A stretch of 49,044 nucleotides of DNA, the filler included, from Catajapyx aquilonaris (taxonomy: Eukaryota), in the NCBI GenBank assembly GCA_000934665.2. It is 2 parts of 2 records of this genome, joined end to end, with 100 filler letters (N's around TTAATTAATTAA, not from the genome) between each part and the next. Parts side by side here need not be neighbours in the genome. Positions count along the whole stretch, not along the records: positions 23,455 to 49,044 come from JYFJ02005701.1; 1 more part is not named here. The stretch is one strand, 5' to 3'. Below are positions 38,201 to 49,044 of the stretch, one piece after another (position 1 is the first letter of the stretch; each line of letters opens with the position of its first letter). A program made the position numbers and the translations under genes. The notes under the pieces are model-generated. The model had not been told where the DNA came from. It worked only from the letters and a program-made list of their open reading frames with translations, and made no database searches.

Positions 38201-41200
38201 TGCCTCCTCCTCATTGTCAAAGTTCCCAAACAGGTCCTGTGTGAGCAGACTTAGGTAGCTATGCAGAACTGCCTTGCGTGCTTCACTCCAGCTTCCATCA
38301 CCATGCTTTAGCTCCATTTTACGCAAAGCCAAGTCTAATGCCCTTGTGGCCAACTTGTACTTTTTATATTTGCAAGCTAGGGCGGAGAGGACCTGCAGGG
38401 ATTTGTCATCCATTGCAGTAACGATTAGGCCTGATTTCAAGGCTTCCAGCGCCATGTCTTCTGCATCTTCTGAGCCCAGGACACACTGGTGAAACAAGTA
38501 GGGTGGGCATGGGCCACAGTTTCACAGAAACTTGTCACTTATTCATAACTTCATGATAATTATGTAAAAATATATCATTGTCTTGCTGGCATTAACCTTT
38601 TCATTCTGGCTTGTATTTCTTTTTCTCTTGCATGCAAAAGTACATTTTGGAGAGCCTCTACTAATTGCTAGAGCTGTTCAAGGTATGACTATTGATAGCT
38701 ACATACATTAGAGATGAGCAACCTCTTAAACCAAATAACCTGGTAGAAGCAAGTACCAAGAAAGACAGCCTCGAAAAGGACACTTGGAAAAATGTCAAGT
38801 AATGCAGTGGTACTGGTGATTCAGGTCACAAAAGCTGGATCATGGGAGCTGATAAGATGACAACAGTGAAAAAATATTCTCAATCCAAGTGAGCAAAACA
38901 CAATGTGATGGCTTGCCAGAGCAGAAAGGTTAATTTCATTAGACTCCATGCTCAAAATGGTTTTCTGTGACCAAGGTAGGAATGCTTAATGCGCCGTACC
39001 ATGGCTCTAAAAAGGAAGTGGTGATACTCACACGGCATTTGAACTCATAGAGGACAAGAAACTTTTCACCCATCTTGTTGGGCCAGCAGTTGCTGATCTC
39101 ACACATGCCACGGCAAGTCCACACCATGGACAAGCAACTCTGTGCCACCTTTAACCTCTGTTCTTCTGATAGGGAGTCCAACAATTCCCATCCAGCAGAA
39201 ATGCTCATGAGCAATGCAAGTGTCATCTCCTTATACTTGGTTCCCTGCAAATATGTAGCAAGTCAGATAATATATTTTTTCAAACGTTTTGTTGTCCTGC
39301 ATGATGAAAGGGTTACTATCTTCCATCCTGCAATACTACTCAAGTTATAATCCACAAGTTAACTTACATCTTCTACGAATTTGTAGAATTCAAAGGCTGA
39401 AGAGCAGAGACGGTAGTGGCTGTACCTTTCGCCCCACTTGTGGACTGATACGTTCCAAGCTAGGGTCCCAAACCACTGGAGGTCATCATCTAATTTCTCA
39501 TACGTCGTCGTTCTTTCTAAGATTTCCTGCAGTACGGGAAACATAGGCAGTGAACACAGTATTGAAATGTTATGTGTGTAACTTAGTCATGAATCACTTT
39601 GTTGCTTCCTTATCTCAAAAACATATTTTCATCATATGTTTGGATTAGACACGCTATAGCTATACATCACATAAGTGAAGATGAATATGGCTGTGGTAGG
39701 TCAGTGCTCATCACACAGTGACAAAGGTAGAATATAGCTCAGGAATGCAATAAAAAAGGTCCAGAATGCTGCATGTAACCTGATGTAACCTGAATGAGTG
39801 CTTGCTCAAAACTTACTATATGGTCATGTTGCACAATAATTGTAAATTCCAATTCCAGCATTACAGTTTATATTCATCATGTTTACCTCATCCTGGTACT
39901 CCTCAGTAACGTCATCCATATCATGGGCATACAAGAGAAATCCTGTTCAGATCAAAAATTCTGTTTCAGGATAATCAAATGAAAGATTTGACCTTGGACT
40001 TGTTTACATGCTAGTGACTCAGACAGAAAATAGGACTTCCTGGCTCTTTATGAACATTTAGGAGTAAATGGCCTTTACCAGGCAATAGAGATTTACAATG
40101 CTACTTAGAGATATAAATAACTAAAAACAGCCAAAATGAGACTTGGCAGATTTCTCTTGTATGCCCATGATATAAGAGATATAATATAGCTTTTCCCTCT
40201 CATCAAGATGTCATTTACCATAACTGGCATCCACCAGTGTAGCAGTGAACAGTGTATCAGAATGGTTCAGTATTTCCTGCAATAGACAAGTTATGGTCTG
40301 CAGGAGTTGCTATAGGTATAGGTTACATTGTAACATGGCATCTCTCATTTAAAATTGACAGAAATTTCAGCCTTAGAATTATGTAAGTGTATTTAACTAA
40401 TATACAGGGTGGTTCACCGCCAAAGACTGACAGAAAATGGCTGGGATGATGGATAGGTCACCCCTGGTCATGTAAATGAAGTACCAGTACATAAAAAATT
40501 TGGAATAATGTAAAGGAAGTCTCAGACTTACACAAATAGTGACTTGGGATTGTCATTTGAATATGACTTTGTTCACAGAACCAGGGAGGACCAATCCACA
40601 TATCCCATCCATTTTCCACCACATATCCTTGGGCAGTGAGCCACCCTGAACTTTTTCATTTTCATTGATTCATCCAGTCATTTATTCTGTCATTTATTCA
40701 CCAGCTGTACTTGCATGTGACTTGCCAACTAATAACCTCTACAATCACTGAGCAAATGGCTTATAATTTCATTGCAGCTGAAAGTATTCCTGAATGGTAA
40801 TGAAGGTCATCTATCAGCATAGGTTAATGTTCTCTTTTCACTTCTACAGTAAAATGTTTAATTGCATTCCATTATTATAAAAGGATGATTCTCTGTATCA
40901 CAACATGTATCTTTGCTCTTCCTAAAACTAAATAAGAGTCACCCAACCTCCAAATCTAAACCTTACTTTTTGGATGGCAATGGCTGTTGTTAACACCTCC
41001 TCCAGAAAGTCAGCTAGTTGTGCAACACACACATTGAGTGGCTCCAAATCATCAGTTTTGTCCTTTTCCTCATTACACAGCTGCAGGTATGACCTGAAAT
41101 ATGCACATATTCATGGAAAAATAATTACAATTTAGAACTGGATTATCCATTAGCTACTGTCATAAATCTCATAGTAACAAAAAGCTCACAAAATAATGCT

Positions 41201-44200
41201 AGATTAACAAGTCAGAAACCTGCATGAAGGTAAAGCATGGTGGACCATGAACATTGGAACCCAGTACATTCTTTTAAAAATTGGTGCAGGCTCCAGGAAA
41301 TGCAGCATGATCACAGTCATGCAGACCTCATCTGCATACCTTACTATAACCTTCTGAGCCTTCAGCCTAGTCGAGGGCTCCAGAGCAGCAGCAACCTTCT
41401 TCATTGCTTCTATGCACTCACGCTGCTTTTTAAGAGAAGCAGCCTTAACTGCTACATCAGCGAGATGTTCTTCCAGGGAATGATGTGTCTCTACTGCAGG
41501 CAAAAGGACATCCAAGCTGGTAGCCTGCTCCAACATCTCCTTCTCCTTCCCTTGAAATACGGCCAGCTTTAGCTTCACAATCTGAATTGGAATCTGCCAA
41601 AGAAGATTTTCCTCCTCAGGGTCGTTCACATTCGCAATGACTGCCTCAGCTCCATCCATCATTCCCTCTTCCATGAGGCACTCGGCTTGGTTGCACCGCA
41701 TTTGTATAGCGGCCCCAATGTCCCCTGTCTTGCTGGTAATTTCGGAAAGAATAGCATACCAGCACGAAGCTTGTAAAAAGGATTTATTCTCCTGGAACTG
41801 AACTGCTAGATCTGAGGCCAGGGCTATTATGGCATTGAGCCCATCTGCAATGTACAAAAAATTATAAATGCCATGTTAAAATAACATTAAATTAACATTC
41901 AAATAACATATGAAAATAACAAATCAAAATGAAAAATAAATAAAACCATTTCACCAAGCATAATACAATCCTTCTGGTTGAAAATTTTTCTGAAATACTA
42001 TTACACAGAAAACATGCTCCCTAGCTCACCCTGGTTGCTGCTTATTGTGGGGCGCCGTGCAACTTCTTCTAAAATGGTCAAAGCCTTGTCAAAAGACTCT
42101 ATTATGCCTGTGTAGAATACAAAGCGATACCTAATATGCCAGTTGTCATCAGAAGCAGTGGCCTTGTCAACCATTTCCATTGCCAAGTGGTACTCTTTAT
42201 GGTCAATCAGAAGCTTGGTGATCTGTTAAATGATCAAAAACAAAGGGTGCTTAAAAGGTGCTTGTTGTCACCACTCATGGTGTCACAGGAAATTCTCATG
42301 TGGAACAAACCTTTATCAGATCATTTCCGGAGATATCAGGAAGCTGTCGTATATGGTTTAAACCAGAGCAGATACCCAACTCACTCTCTTCTTTCTGGCT
42401 CGCCATCAAGGCTTTCACTCGTAAATAGAGAAGATCAAAGGACTCCCTCTCTGCAATAATAATAGTGGTCAACTACAGTAGTTATGCTGTAACCTGTATT
42501 TTTAAAAGACTAGCTATGCTTGCAGAGACTTCTCAATTTACTGACAAAGGATGCAATCAAATGTTCCCATATTATGACATAACGTGGGTGGAAATGAAAA
42601 TATTCTTGACAGAATGGTGCCTGCAACAACTGAGTCAACTTGAGGAATCAAATTACATGGTATGTTTGTTTTGTATGATTATAAATAATGTAATTAATCA
42701 TATATAGAATTGGCTTTGGTCTATGCCTCTGTCCAGGGAAGTCATCATCTCTGACCCGCTAGGTGCATGTAGTACACTTTTTGGAGTGTCAGACACAGCC
42801 TCCTCAGAAAACATTGTTCAGCAATGAAAAAGACCTTACTATAATTATTATCACATCACAATCTGTGAATACTTGAGAAAAAGACACCATCTGCTGGAGT
42901 CAAAATCGAATAATTTCGTCTTTCATCAACAGAAATGATGGGGCAACTGAAAAGTAATAAGTACCTGATAGAAAAAGTGGTCTCCTCAGAGCATTCAGGT
43001 AGTTTTCTTTTCCACTGTATTATATCATATCTCAATGGTACAATGCAAAGCTATTATTTGTATGTAGCAAGTAACTTAGTTCTTCCAACTTTCAAAAGAT
43101 TGCCAGTTATTTGTTATATTATCATCATCATCATCATCACATTTCCCTATAAGGGGTAGTCAACGATGACGGGAGCCACAAGCTAACCCAAAATATGAAC
43201 TAAATTAAAACTTGTCAAAATAAACCTATGAACAACCCGTCCCGCCCCCCTCTGCCCATCTCAGACGACAAACACTCAATATTAAATTTAACTATTACAC
43301 TATACAACGTGGTACTTTGAGAAATCAAGTATCTCCCCCCCCCCACCCCCCTGGAAGAGGAATCAGCAACTGTTAAATTCCTCCAAGTGACTGGAATATT
43401 CTCCTCTAAACGACCAGAACACCCACAGGCCAGCGAGAAGAACCAGCATACGGAAATCCACACCCGAACTCCAAGTACTGTGCAGGACAGAGAGAGAGAC
43501 AGGCATCCTTACAAGCATGACTACCGGTGTCAACCTATGCATTACTGTGCAAGAGATATATTTGCCAACCTTGTAGTTCTGCACAGCACCCAGACCCCGA
43601 GTATGAACCTCCAGACGCCGACTCCTCCCACCAACCTGCAAACATTCTAGCCAATCAAAAGAATTCAATGGGCACTGCCATTCCTCACAAACCCGTGAAT
43701 ATGCTACCCATTAATTAACCTACGCCATTTACACCTATCCAAACAAACAACCTTAGCCTCAGCCACGTCCATGGTCCTATTGACACATGAACGTCTCGGC
43801 TTAACACTAGCAACACCCTTAAGACACTGACCCACTTTATTTGTTATATTATAATGCCAAAAAAAGCTAAATTGTCCAGAGCCTGTTATTATTGGTCAAA
43901 TATGTCACATAATCATATAACTAACAGTTTGGTCCAAGTATCACAAATTTAACCCAAATAAGTTGTCATTTTTGTGTAGCTTCTTGCTCTCCATAATATT
44001 ATACACGAGGTGCCCAATTATGCTGTATAAAAGCTGCTATATTTGACCCAGCAACCTGGTAATATTGGGTTCCTCAATTGGGGTGCAAAACGCTACACAA
44101 ATACAACAACTTTGGCCAATGTTTGCCATAACTAATAGGACACGGATACTTGTCACACCCTGTATCTGCACTAAACTAAATAAGTCATCCATTGTAGAGT

Positions 44201-45249
44201 TCAGGCAACCATTTCATATTCCTGTGAGTCTTGCTCTACTGCAGCAGCTTGGAAAAATTATAATATATCTGGAAAAACTTAATTAAGGGAAACTAAGTAA
44301 CAAATCTAGAATGGAAACAAATGCTTTCATCTCATTGGCATGATTAAAAAGTCAAAATATCTAAGTCGAAAAAGTAAGCATATTCCTTCAGGAACTTCTT
44401 GAGTATATCTTACACATTCATGTAATTGAATGAAAAGCACTACATACCCTTCAACCCAACGTCACAAGCATCAACGGCCTTGTCCCAGTTCTCCTCCCCC
44501 CATTCCAGGTAAGTGGTGGCTAGCAAGCACATGGTTTTGCTATTGTCCAGAGAGTTGATTTTCACACTAGAACTGGCAGCAGCCTTGCCTGCACGGTAGC
44601 TCTCCCGCAGCCAACGCACCGCATGAAAAAACTTCTTCTCCTTCCTGCAGTTCAGTCCAGCATTGAATGCAACCCTCGCCAGGTAGTCACAGTGTGATGG
44701 AAGAAGTCCAGGAGAAACCATCGCTAAGCAGAATACCTTTAAGGCCTGTGCGGCATTAGAAACACCTGTCTGGGATGGCCGGGACAAAATGTCACACTCA
44801 ATAACGTGGGCTGCAGCCATGTTGGCTTCTAGACGAGATCTTAATCGGCTCTCTCCATGACGTTGGACCATGTCCCGAAGGCGCTTTGTGAGATCATTGA
44901 CCAGGTGAATTCCTTCAGTGGCATCCTTCATAAGGTGGGCTGATAGTGCTAGGCGGGTAAACAGGAGGCCAAGATCAATGCCTGATATAAGGAAGTCAGG
45001 CAAGTTGACACTTGCTATGTCAGGATTATCAGCGATTAATGACACTCCTTGTGCAGCCTTCCATATAACTTCTGGGGGAACAGACTTGTCTTGGAGCACC
45101 ACTCTCTTGTTCCACACATGTGCAGCCACCTTTACAATGAGCAACTCTTCCTTATCAGTCAGCCCATTAGCTGCAGTCTGCATCACCTTGGACATAAAGG
45201 TGACCACGCTGGGCCAATTTGCCTCCTCCAAACTTTTTAGAACCTCCAT
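32284..45249 (-). CDS. TEX11: TEX11/ZIP4 (SPO22) meiotic TPR protein, about 927 aa (889 without two micro-exons)
   Basis: Exons 45249-44448, 42450-42311, 42222-42030, 41844-41340, 41093-40967, 40276-40219, 39942-39887, 39526-39368, 39244-39032, 38485-38138, 35180-35104, 32389-32284, all phase-consistent (2784 nt). TEX11-like motifs AAHVWNK, FNAG......F..A..WLRESY..GK, K..CLLATTYLEW, LQWF..LAWN, LVLYEFKCR, WIMTRSWNVG, KWMQLSL. Start codon uncertain. Confidence 0.88.
32630..33050 (+). mobile_element. 5'-truncated non-LTR retrotransposon 3' end
   Basis: C-terminal zinc-knuckle-like CSLC..GNKGNWFHLWWEC followed by an A-rich tail aataaataaataataataataaaataataaaa at 33017-33048. Confidence 0.6.
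33249..34010. mobile_element. Tc1/mariner-type foldback MITE with about 300-bp inverted arms
   Basis: TA-caagggttgtttcttaagtc...gacttatgaaacaactctcg-TA; 33249-33548 is the reverse complement of about 33725-34010. Confidence 0.85.
35289..35942. mobile_element. CACTA/EnSpm-like non-autonomous element with subterminal repeats and a nested 58-bp mini-element
   Basis: Inverted ends catgtagca..attggctaaatactggc / gccaatatttagccaat..ctacctgg; many aatattgcc repeats; nested cccaggtagca...tgctaactggg at 35391-35448. Confidence 0.55.
36804..36887. repeat. Two overlapping spacerless perfect palindromes (60 bp and 28 bp)
   Basis: 36804-36863 aggttaacctgggtattttccatgttcata|tatgaacatggaaaatacccaggttaacct and 36860-36887 acctaataacatta|taatgttattaggt. 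Confidence 0.9.
36882..37510 (+). mobile_element. Internally deleted mariner (Mos1/Hsmar-like) transposase remnant
   Basis: Left TIR ttaggtctatgcaaaagttcatgcgg; HTH region GKTAAEA...LCETYGED.VS...C.EWFKRFR.GDFDV.D..RSG.P; GIIYHELL; LGWEVLPHPAYSPDIAP; stops and a large deletion. Confidence 0.9.
37862..38096. mobile_element. MITE with 23-bp TIRs
   Basis: gggttagtgccataacgtgctaa / ttagcacattatggcactaaccc (1 mismatch); superfamily not assigned. Confidence 0.7.
40405..40648. mobile_element. Tc1/mariner-type MITE
   Basis: TA-cagggtggttcac...gtgagccaccctg, with imperfect inverted similarity extending inwards (gaaaatggctgggat..ggataggtc / gaccaatcc..atcccatccattttc). Confidence 0.6.
43123..43836 (-). 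mobile_element. 5'-truncated RTE-clade LINE insertion with 16-bp TSD
   Basis: TSD ttatttgttatattat at 43107-43122 and 43837-43852; minus-strand ORF end RRSCVNRTMDVAEAKVVCLDRCKWRRLING* resembles RTE C-termini; (GAT)n tail. Confidence 0.8.
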
Positions 45250-45360
45250 TGCCTGTGGAGGGTGCATGTACATTAAGATTTCTAAGAGGACGATACAATT
45301 TTAGGCATCCACTAACCTACGTATCTTCATATTCTATTAAAAAAAACTGCATCAGCAAGG

Positions 45361-45448
45361 TGTCATTAACTCCAAAACTCTTGTTCTCGCAAGCTTTGAA
45401 ACACGTGTTTCAAAGCTTGCGAGAACAAGAGTTTTGGAGTTTATGACA
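45361..45448. repeat. 88-bp spacerless palindrome (74-bp perfect core)
   Basis: Core 45368-45441 aactccaaaactcttgttctcgcaagctttgaaacac|gtgtttcaaagcttgcgagaacaagagttttggagtt, extended by 6 bp after one mismatch. Confidence 0.92.
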
Positions 45449-47269
45449 GTGGCAGACCTACATTTTTTGGGCCCAGAAGATTGTACTGTTTTGGGGGGCC
45501 CTGGGCAACCAGCAACAATGGGGCAACATCCAACAAGGTCCAAAGGGCTTGTTGGATGTTGATAGAACCTGGAGACCCAAATGGCGAAGAATAGGGTGGT
45601 GGGAAGAAGTCTCGGTGGAAATGGATCCCATTCCCACCAGCGACAATATCTGGGTAACCGTTGTTATCTTTGTCAATGTTTGGGTTGTTCTGACAGATCA
45701 CCATAAAAAATAAGTAACCATTGCATCTAAGATATTGATTAAATTTTATGTATGCATTATCTCACTTCACAAAAATAATACAATATCAGTATTAGTATCA
45801 TCAAGAGCTAATTGGTATCATACAATACGCCTCTAAAAATCACTCAACATTTAGAGGAAATCCAGCACGTGTACTGTACCTCACACAAAAGGTGTCCTTA
45901 TCAAAGGCAGTCCAGTACGTACCCTGGGAAACCTCATACCACTTCCCAGATTGCCACACATGTGCACCCAATTATCCAGGTACCTCCCCGGAACTGCCTG
46001 TCTTTTATTCCTCCTTCAAGGCCCCAGACCAAAACTGATCAAAAAAAAGCAACCCTTCATAATCGTCTGAAACAGGCTGACCACTAGCCAACTCCAAAAA
46101 ATAAATAATAATAATAAAAATACTGTACAGTCCCTGGCCAAGATCAATGCGGGGTTCATTCTCTAATAGAGAGGTACATCATCAAAGGGGGGCAAGTTAG
46201 GATAAAATGGTTTAACTCTGATTTTTGATATAAACATTCACAAGTGACATGAGTGCAGCCTGATTTGAGAATTCAGATGTCTTTTTATGGTTTTTATAGC
46301 CATAGAACTATTAAGCTGTGCACCAACTAATGATTCCATGATCAAGCTGCCAAATTGTAGGCAACGAAAGACAATGAATAGATTCTGGATACCTTGGCGA
46401 GCTCATACAAGCTGGGAGTTTGAGGCACTGCAAGCTCCCGGGAAAATCTTTGAGATTTGACCAAATCAATGACAGGGACATTTTGAGGTCATAGGAAGTG
46501 GGTGTTAAGCATATTATAAGGCCAATATTAATTTAGTACTTCAACCAAATTGCTTCTGATTCTATTACTACAAGAGCAATATTTTAATAACAGACACTTT
46601 TTAAAAACTCCATAGATTTTGTTGAAAAAAATAATTGCTTCAGGGACTCATCTGGAATTAAGGGCCCTGAAGCTTAAGCTTCATTAGTTTAATAGTAGAT
46701 CCGCCACTGGTGAATGAGAGACCTTTTAGAGAGAAGGCAATGGACGAATGCAGTTCTAGAACTGTTGGCTTCTCACTCTCACTCAGGCTACAACCTACTT
46801 TTGCAAAATTGGGATCACACCTCCAGTCATATTATTTTACTAGGATAGTTCTTGATTATTTTGTGCAACAAACTGAAAATCATCCATAATCACTGTTTGT
46901 TCTGTGTAGGCCTACCCCACGACTGTAGTAGAAGTTCGGCCTTCACCACATATCGTAACCTGCACCAAACTTGCCTTATTCATTGTATAGTAGTAGTTGT
47001 CAATAATATATAATTAAGGTAAAACTCTGGGTTTCGCTCACGGCCACTCTCCCTTTTCTCCCCTCCCCTCCCCTCCCCTCCCCCCTCCCCTCTCCCCGTA
47101 ACCCAGCATATTTTTCAGAATAAAAGGGGGAGGGGGCTGTCTATAATCTAGAAAACATAAAATAATCCAGAAATAAGCAGACGTTGGGCCAAAAGTTTGT
47201 TTTGGGTTGAATGAGTCGCCCAAAAGTTATTGGTAGTTACGTGCTCTATTTTCTCCCGCGTCTGCCGCC

Positions 47270-47750
47270 TTACTCACCGAATAAGTCGAGCTCTGCCCTA
47301 CGGGCGACAACCTCCGGGTCCTTCCTGCAGGCAGGGAGCGAGATGTCGCGCCCTGAAGCTTTCCAGTCCGCAGCCGTGATCAAGAAAACCAATCCGAACA
47401 AATAACGAACAACTCTCGGCCTAGCCCAACGGATTTCCTCCCTCTCCCCTGCTGGCTGGCTCTCCCCTGTTCTCCCCTTTGGTTCTCCCCTCTTCTGATC
47501 AAGCGTTTCAATCACATCATGTATCACAATGCGCATGCGCAATGGCACCTACCATTGTAGTGCTCTTGCTCATGCGCATAGTGCTCATGCACACGTTTCA
47601 GCAAGCAACATTATATAGTGTATTTTAAATTTTTTAAATAAAATGAGGTGTGCAAAAATCAGCAGGCAAATACTAACTTACAGTATATCAATGGGAGATG
47701 GAATTCAGCAGGACCCTCGTGCGTCACGTGCGTGCGCCATCGTCATGCGC
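47270..47750 (-). promoter_or_regulatory. Probable TEX11 promoter and first exon
   Basis: CpG-rich stretch; minus-strand donor G|GTGAGT near 47277; perfect NRF1/Ewg-type TGCGCATGCGCA at 47530-47541; E-box gtcacgtg near 47723. Confidence 0.5.
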
Positions 47751-47849
47751 GATACATAAAATAAAATCGAGCATAAACTCAGTCAGCATAAACTGCAGCT
47801 GAGACATCTTTATAATTATGCTACCTAATAACTGCTAGAAATAACTGCA

Positions 47850-47879
47850 ACGGGGAGAGGGGAGAGGGAGAGAGAGAGN

Positions 47880-47911
<32 letters not shown>
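47850..47911. repeat. (GA)n microsatellite
   Basis: Run of ga dinucleotides with one N. Confidence 0.95.
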
Positions 47912-47916
<5 letters not shown>

Positions 47917-48309
47917 AAAAAAGTTCATTCGTTCAACAACATTGCCAAAAAAGTTTAACAAATTGTCGAGGTTATTTACATTTGAATTGTTTATCATGTT
48001 TAGAGTTTTAGCTTCAGGGGCACTGTGAGGAAGGATTAAAGGTAGCTTTAGCGGGAAGGTTGAAAGGATGGAAAATCATAAAGTGCATTAAATAAATCGA
48101 AAGGGACCAATAGATTGCAGTATTTGCAGTTACTAACTTGGGATAAGATCAGGTGAGTAATATTGGCAACGTAAGGAGAGACTAGATAAATAGGTCGCGT
48201 TGTTTGCTTCCCTGAAAAACAAAAAATTCAACCATGTATTGGCATATCTAGATGGCCTGGAAAGTTTACGCAGGTCTTCGTGATGACCAGATCTGTTTAA
48301 TATTTATAT

Positions 48310-48660
48310 TGTTGATGTCACTGTCGACTAGGAAGTGTATGGTAACTAATTATTCCGGAAAAATGCTTTTGAACTAGCTCCATCCCGTAATGTGCTTTAC
48401 TTCTGGTGTCTTTGACGATATTGTGAATCAGGGAATCTGCATCACATCTTATTATCTTGACCAAGAAGTGGAGAAGTAGGCTACCCTGGTATAGGCTAAG
48501 TCTAACACGAAGGGGTTCCAGTTTGAGCTCCAAGCCTCCAGCTTAAGAAAGTATCCAGCAGTAGATCTTAGCAATGCAAAGAATTTTTTTCAAGAAATAT
48601 GATTGAAAACCACTTCAAGCTCGTCAAAGGATAATTGAAACGTGTAGAATAAGAACAGTC
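48310..48660 (-). mobile_element. Decayed non-LTR retrotransposon fragment (post-RT region)
   Basis: Frameshifted ELEVV...KKFFALLRSTAGYFLKLE / LEPLRVR...HFLVKII.CD.DSLI resembles the segment after LINE RT domains. Confidence 0.4.
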
Positions 48661-49044
48661 TAAGTCCACTTTTCCGGATTCCCCCCCCGTTCATATGATA
48701 GTACTATATGGAGGCCCTGGAGCAGGATAGTATGTAAGTGTTTAAGCCCGCCGGGAAGTCTCTGAAAATGGGTGCCTTCTTATTGATGCCATACTCGTGT
48801 AATATGGGTCATTCCATGTCAATACAGACAAGTTAGTGGCTCTACCATCTCAGAATTTGATATTAAAAAATCATGCGCGTACACACACATGATCTGTTGC
48901 TAAAAATGAAATTAGAGCCAGTGAGCCACCCAGGTGAAAATCCCACGGAGATATGGCAACGTCTTTCGGCAACAATGGAGCCGGACTGACAATTTATTTC
49001 AGGTAGAGTTCTTGTTGCAACCCCATGATCATATATATCAAATG

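Noticed and set aside
38740..38850. Extra TEX11 exon with in-frame TGA (readthrough idea)
   Set aside because: Flanking exons join directly in phase and account for the homology.

Overview
Eukaryotic, intron-rich invertebrate DNA, most likely arthropod (it has an ionotropic chemoreceptor and an insect-like KLHL10). Hand-spliced genes in order: 3' part of a divergent MRG15/MORF4L1-like gene (+); a single-coding-exon BC-box/LRR gene (+); a tandem F-box/LRR array with two intact copies and one deleted pseudogene (+); KLHL10-like BTB-Kelch (-); a divergent ionotropic receptor (-) running into an artificial scaffold gap; the 3' exons of a CEP170-like gene (+) largely missed by the ORF track; and a 12-exon TEX11/ZIP4 meiotic TPR gene (-). 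Introns and spacers hold mariner derivatives, Kolobok- and CACTA-like MITEs, RTE/LINE fragments, a minisatellite and long palindromes. Highlights: (1) a 266-bp TSD-flanked SINE-like element whose 5' half folds as an HDV-like self-cleaving ribozyme; (2) a 25-bp intronic sequence perfectly complementary to a TEX11 micro-exon and its acceptor; (3) F-box paralogues with fast-diverging tails that keep a PP1-type RVxF motif, in a cluster of cullin adaptors next to germline genes. All family assignments are by eye from remembered motifs; no searches were run.
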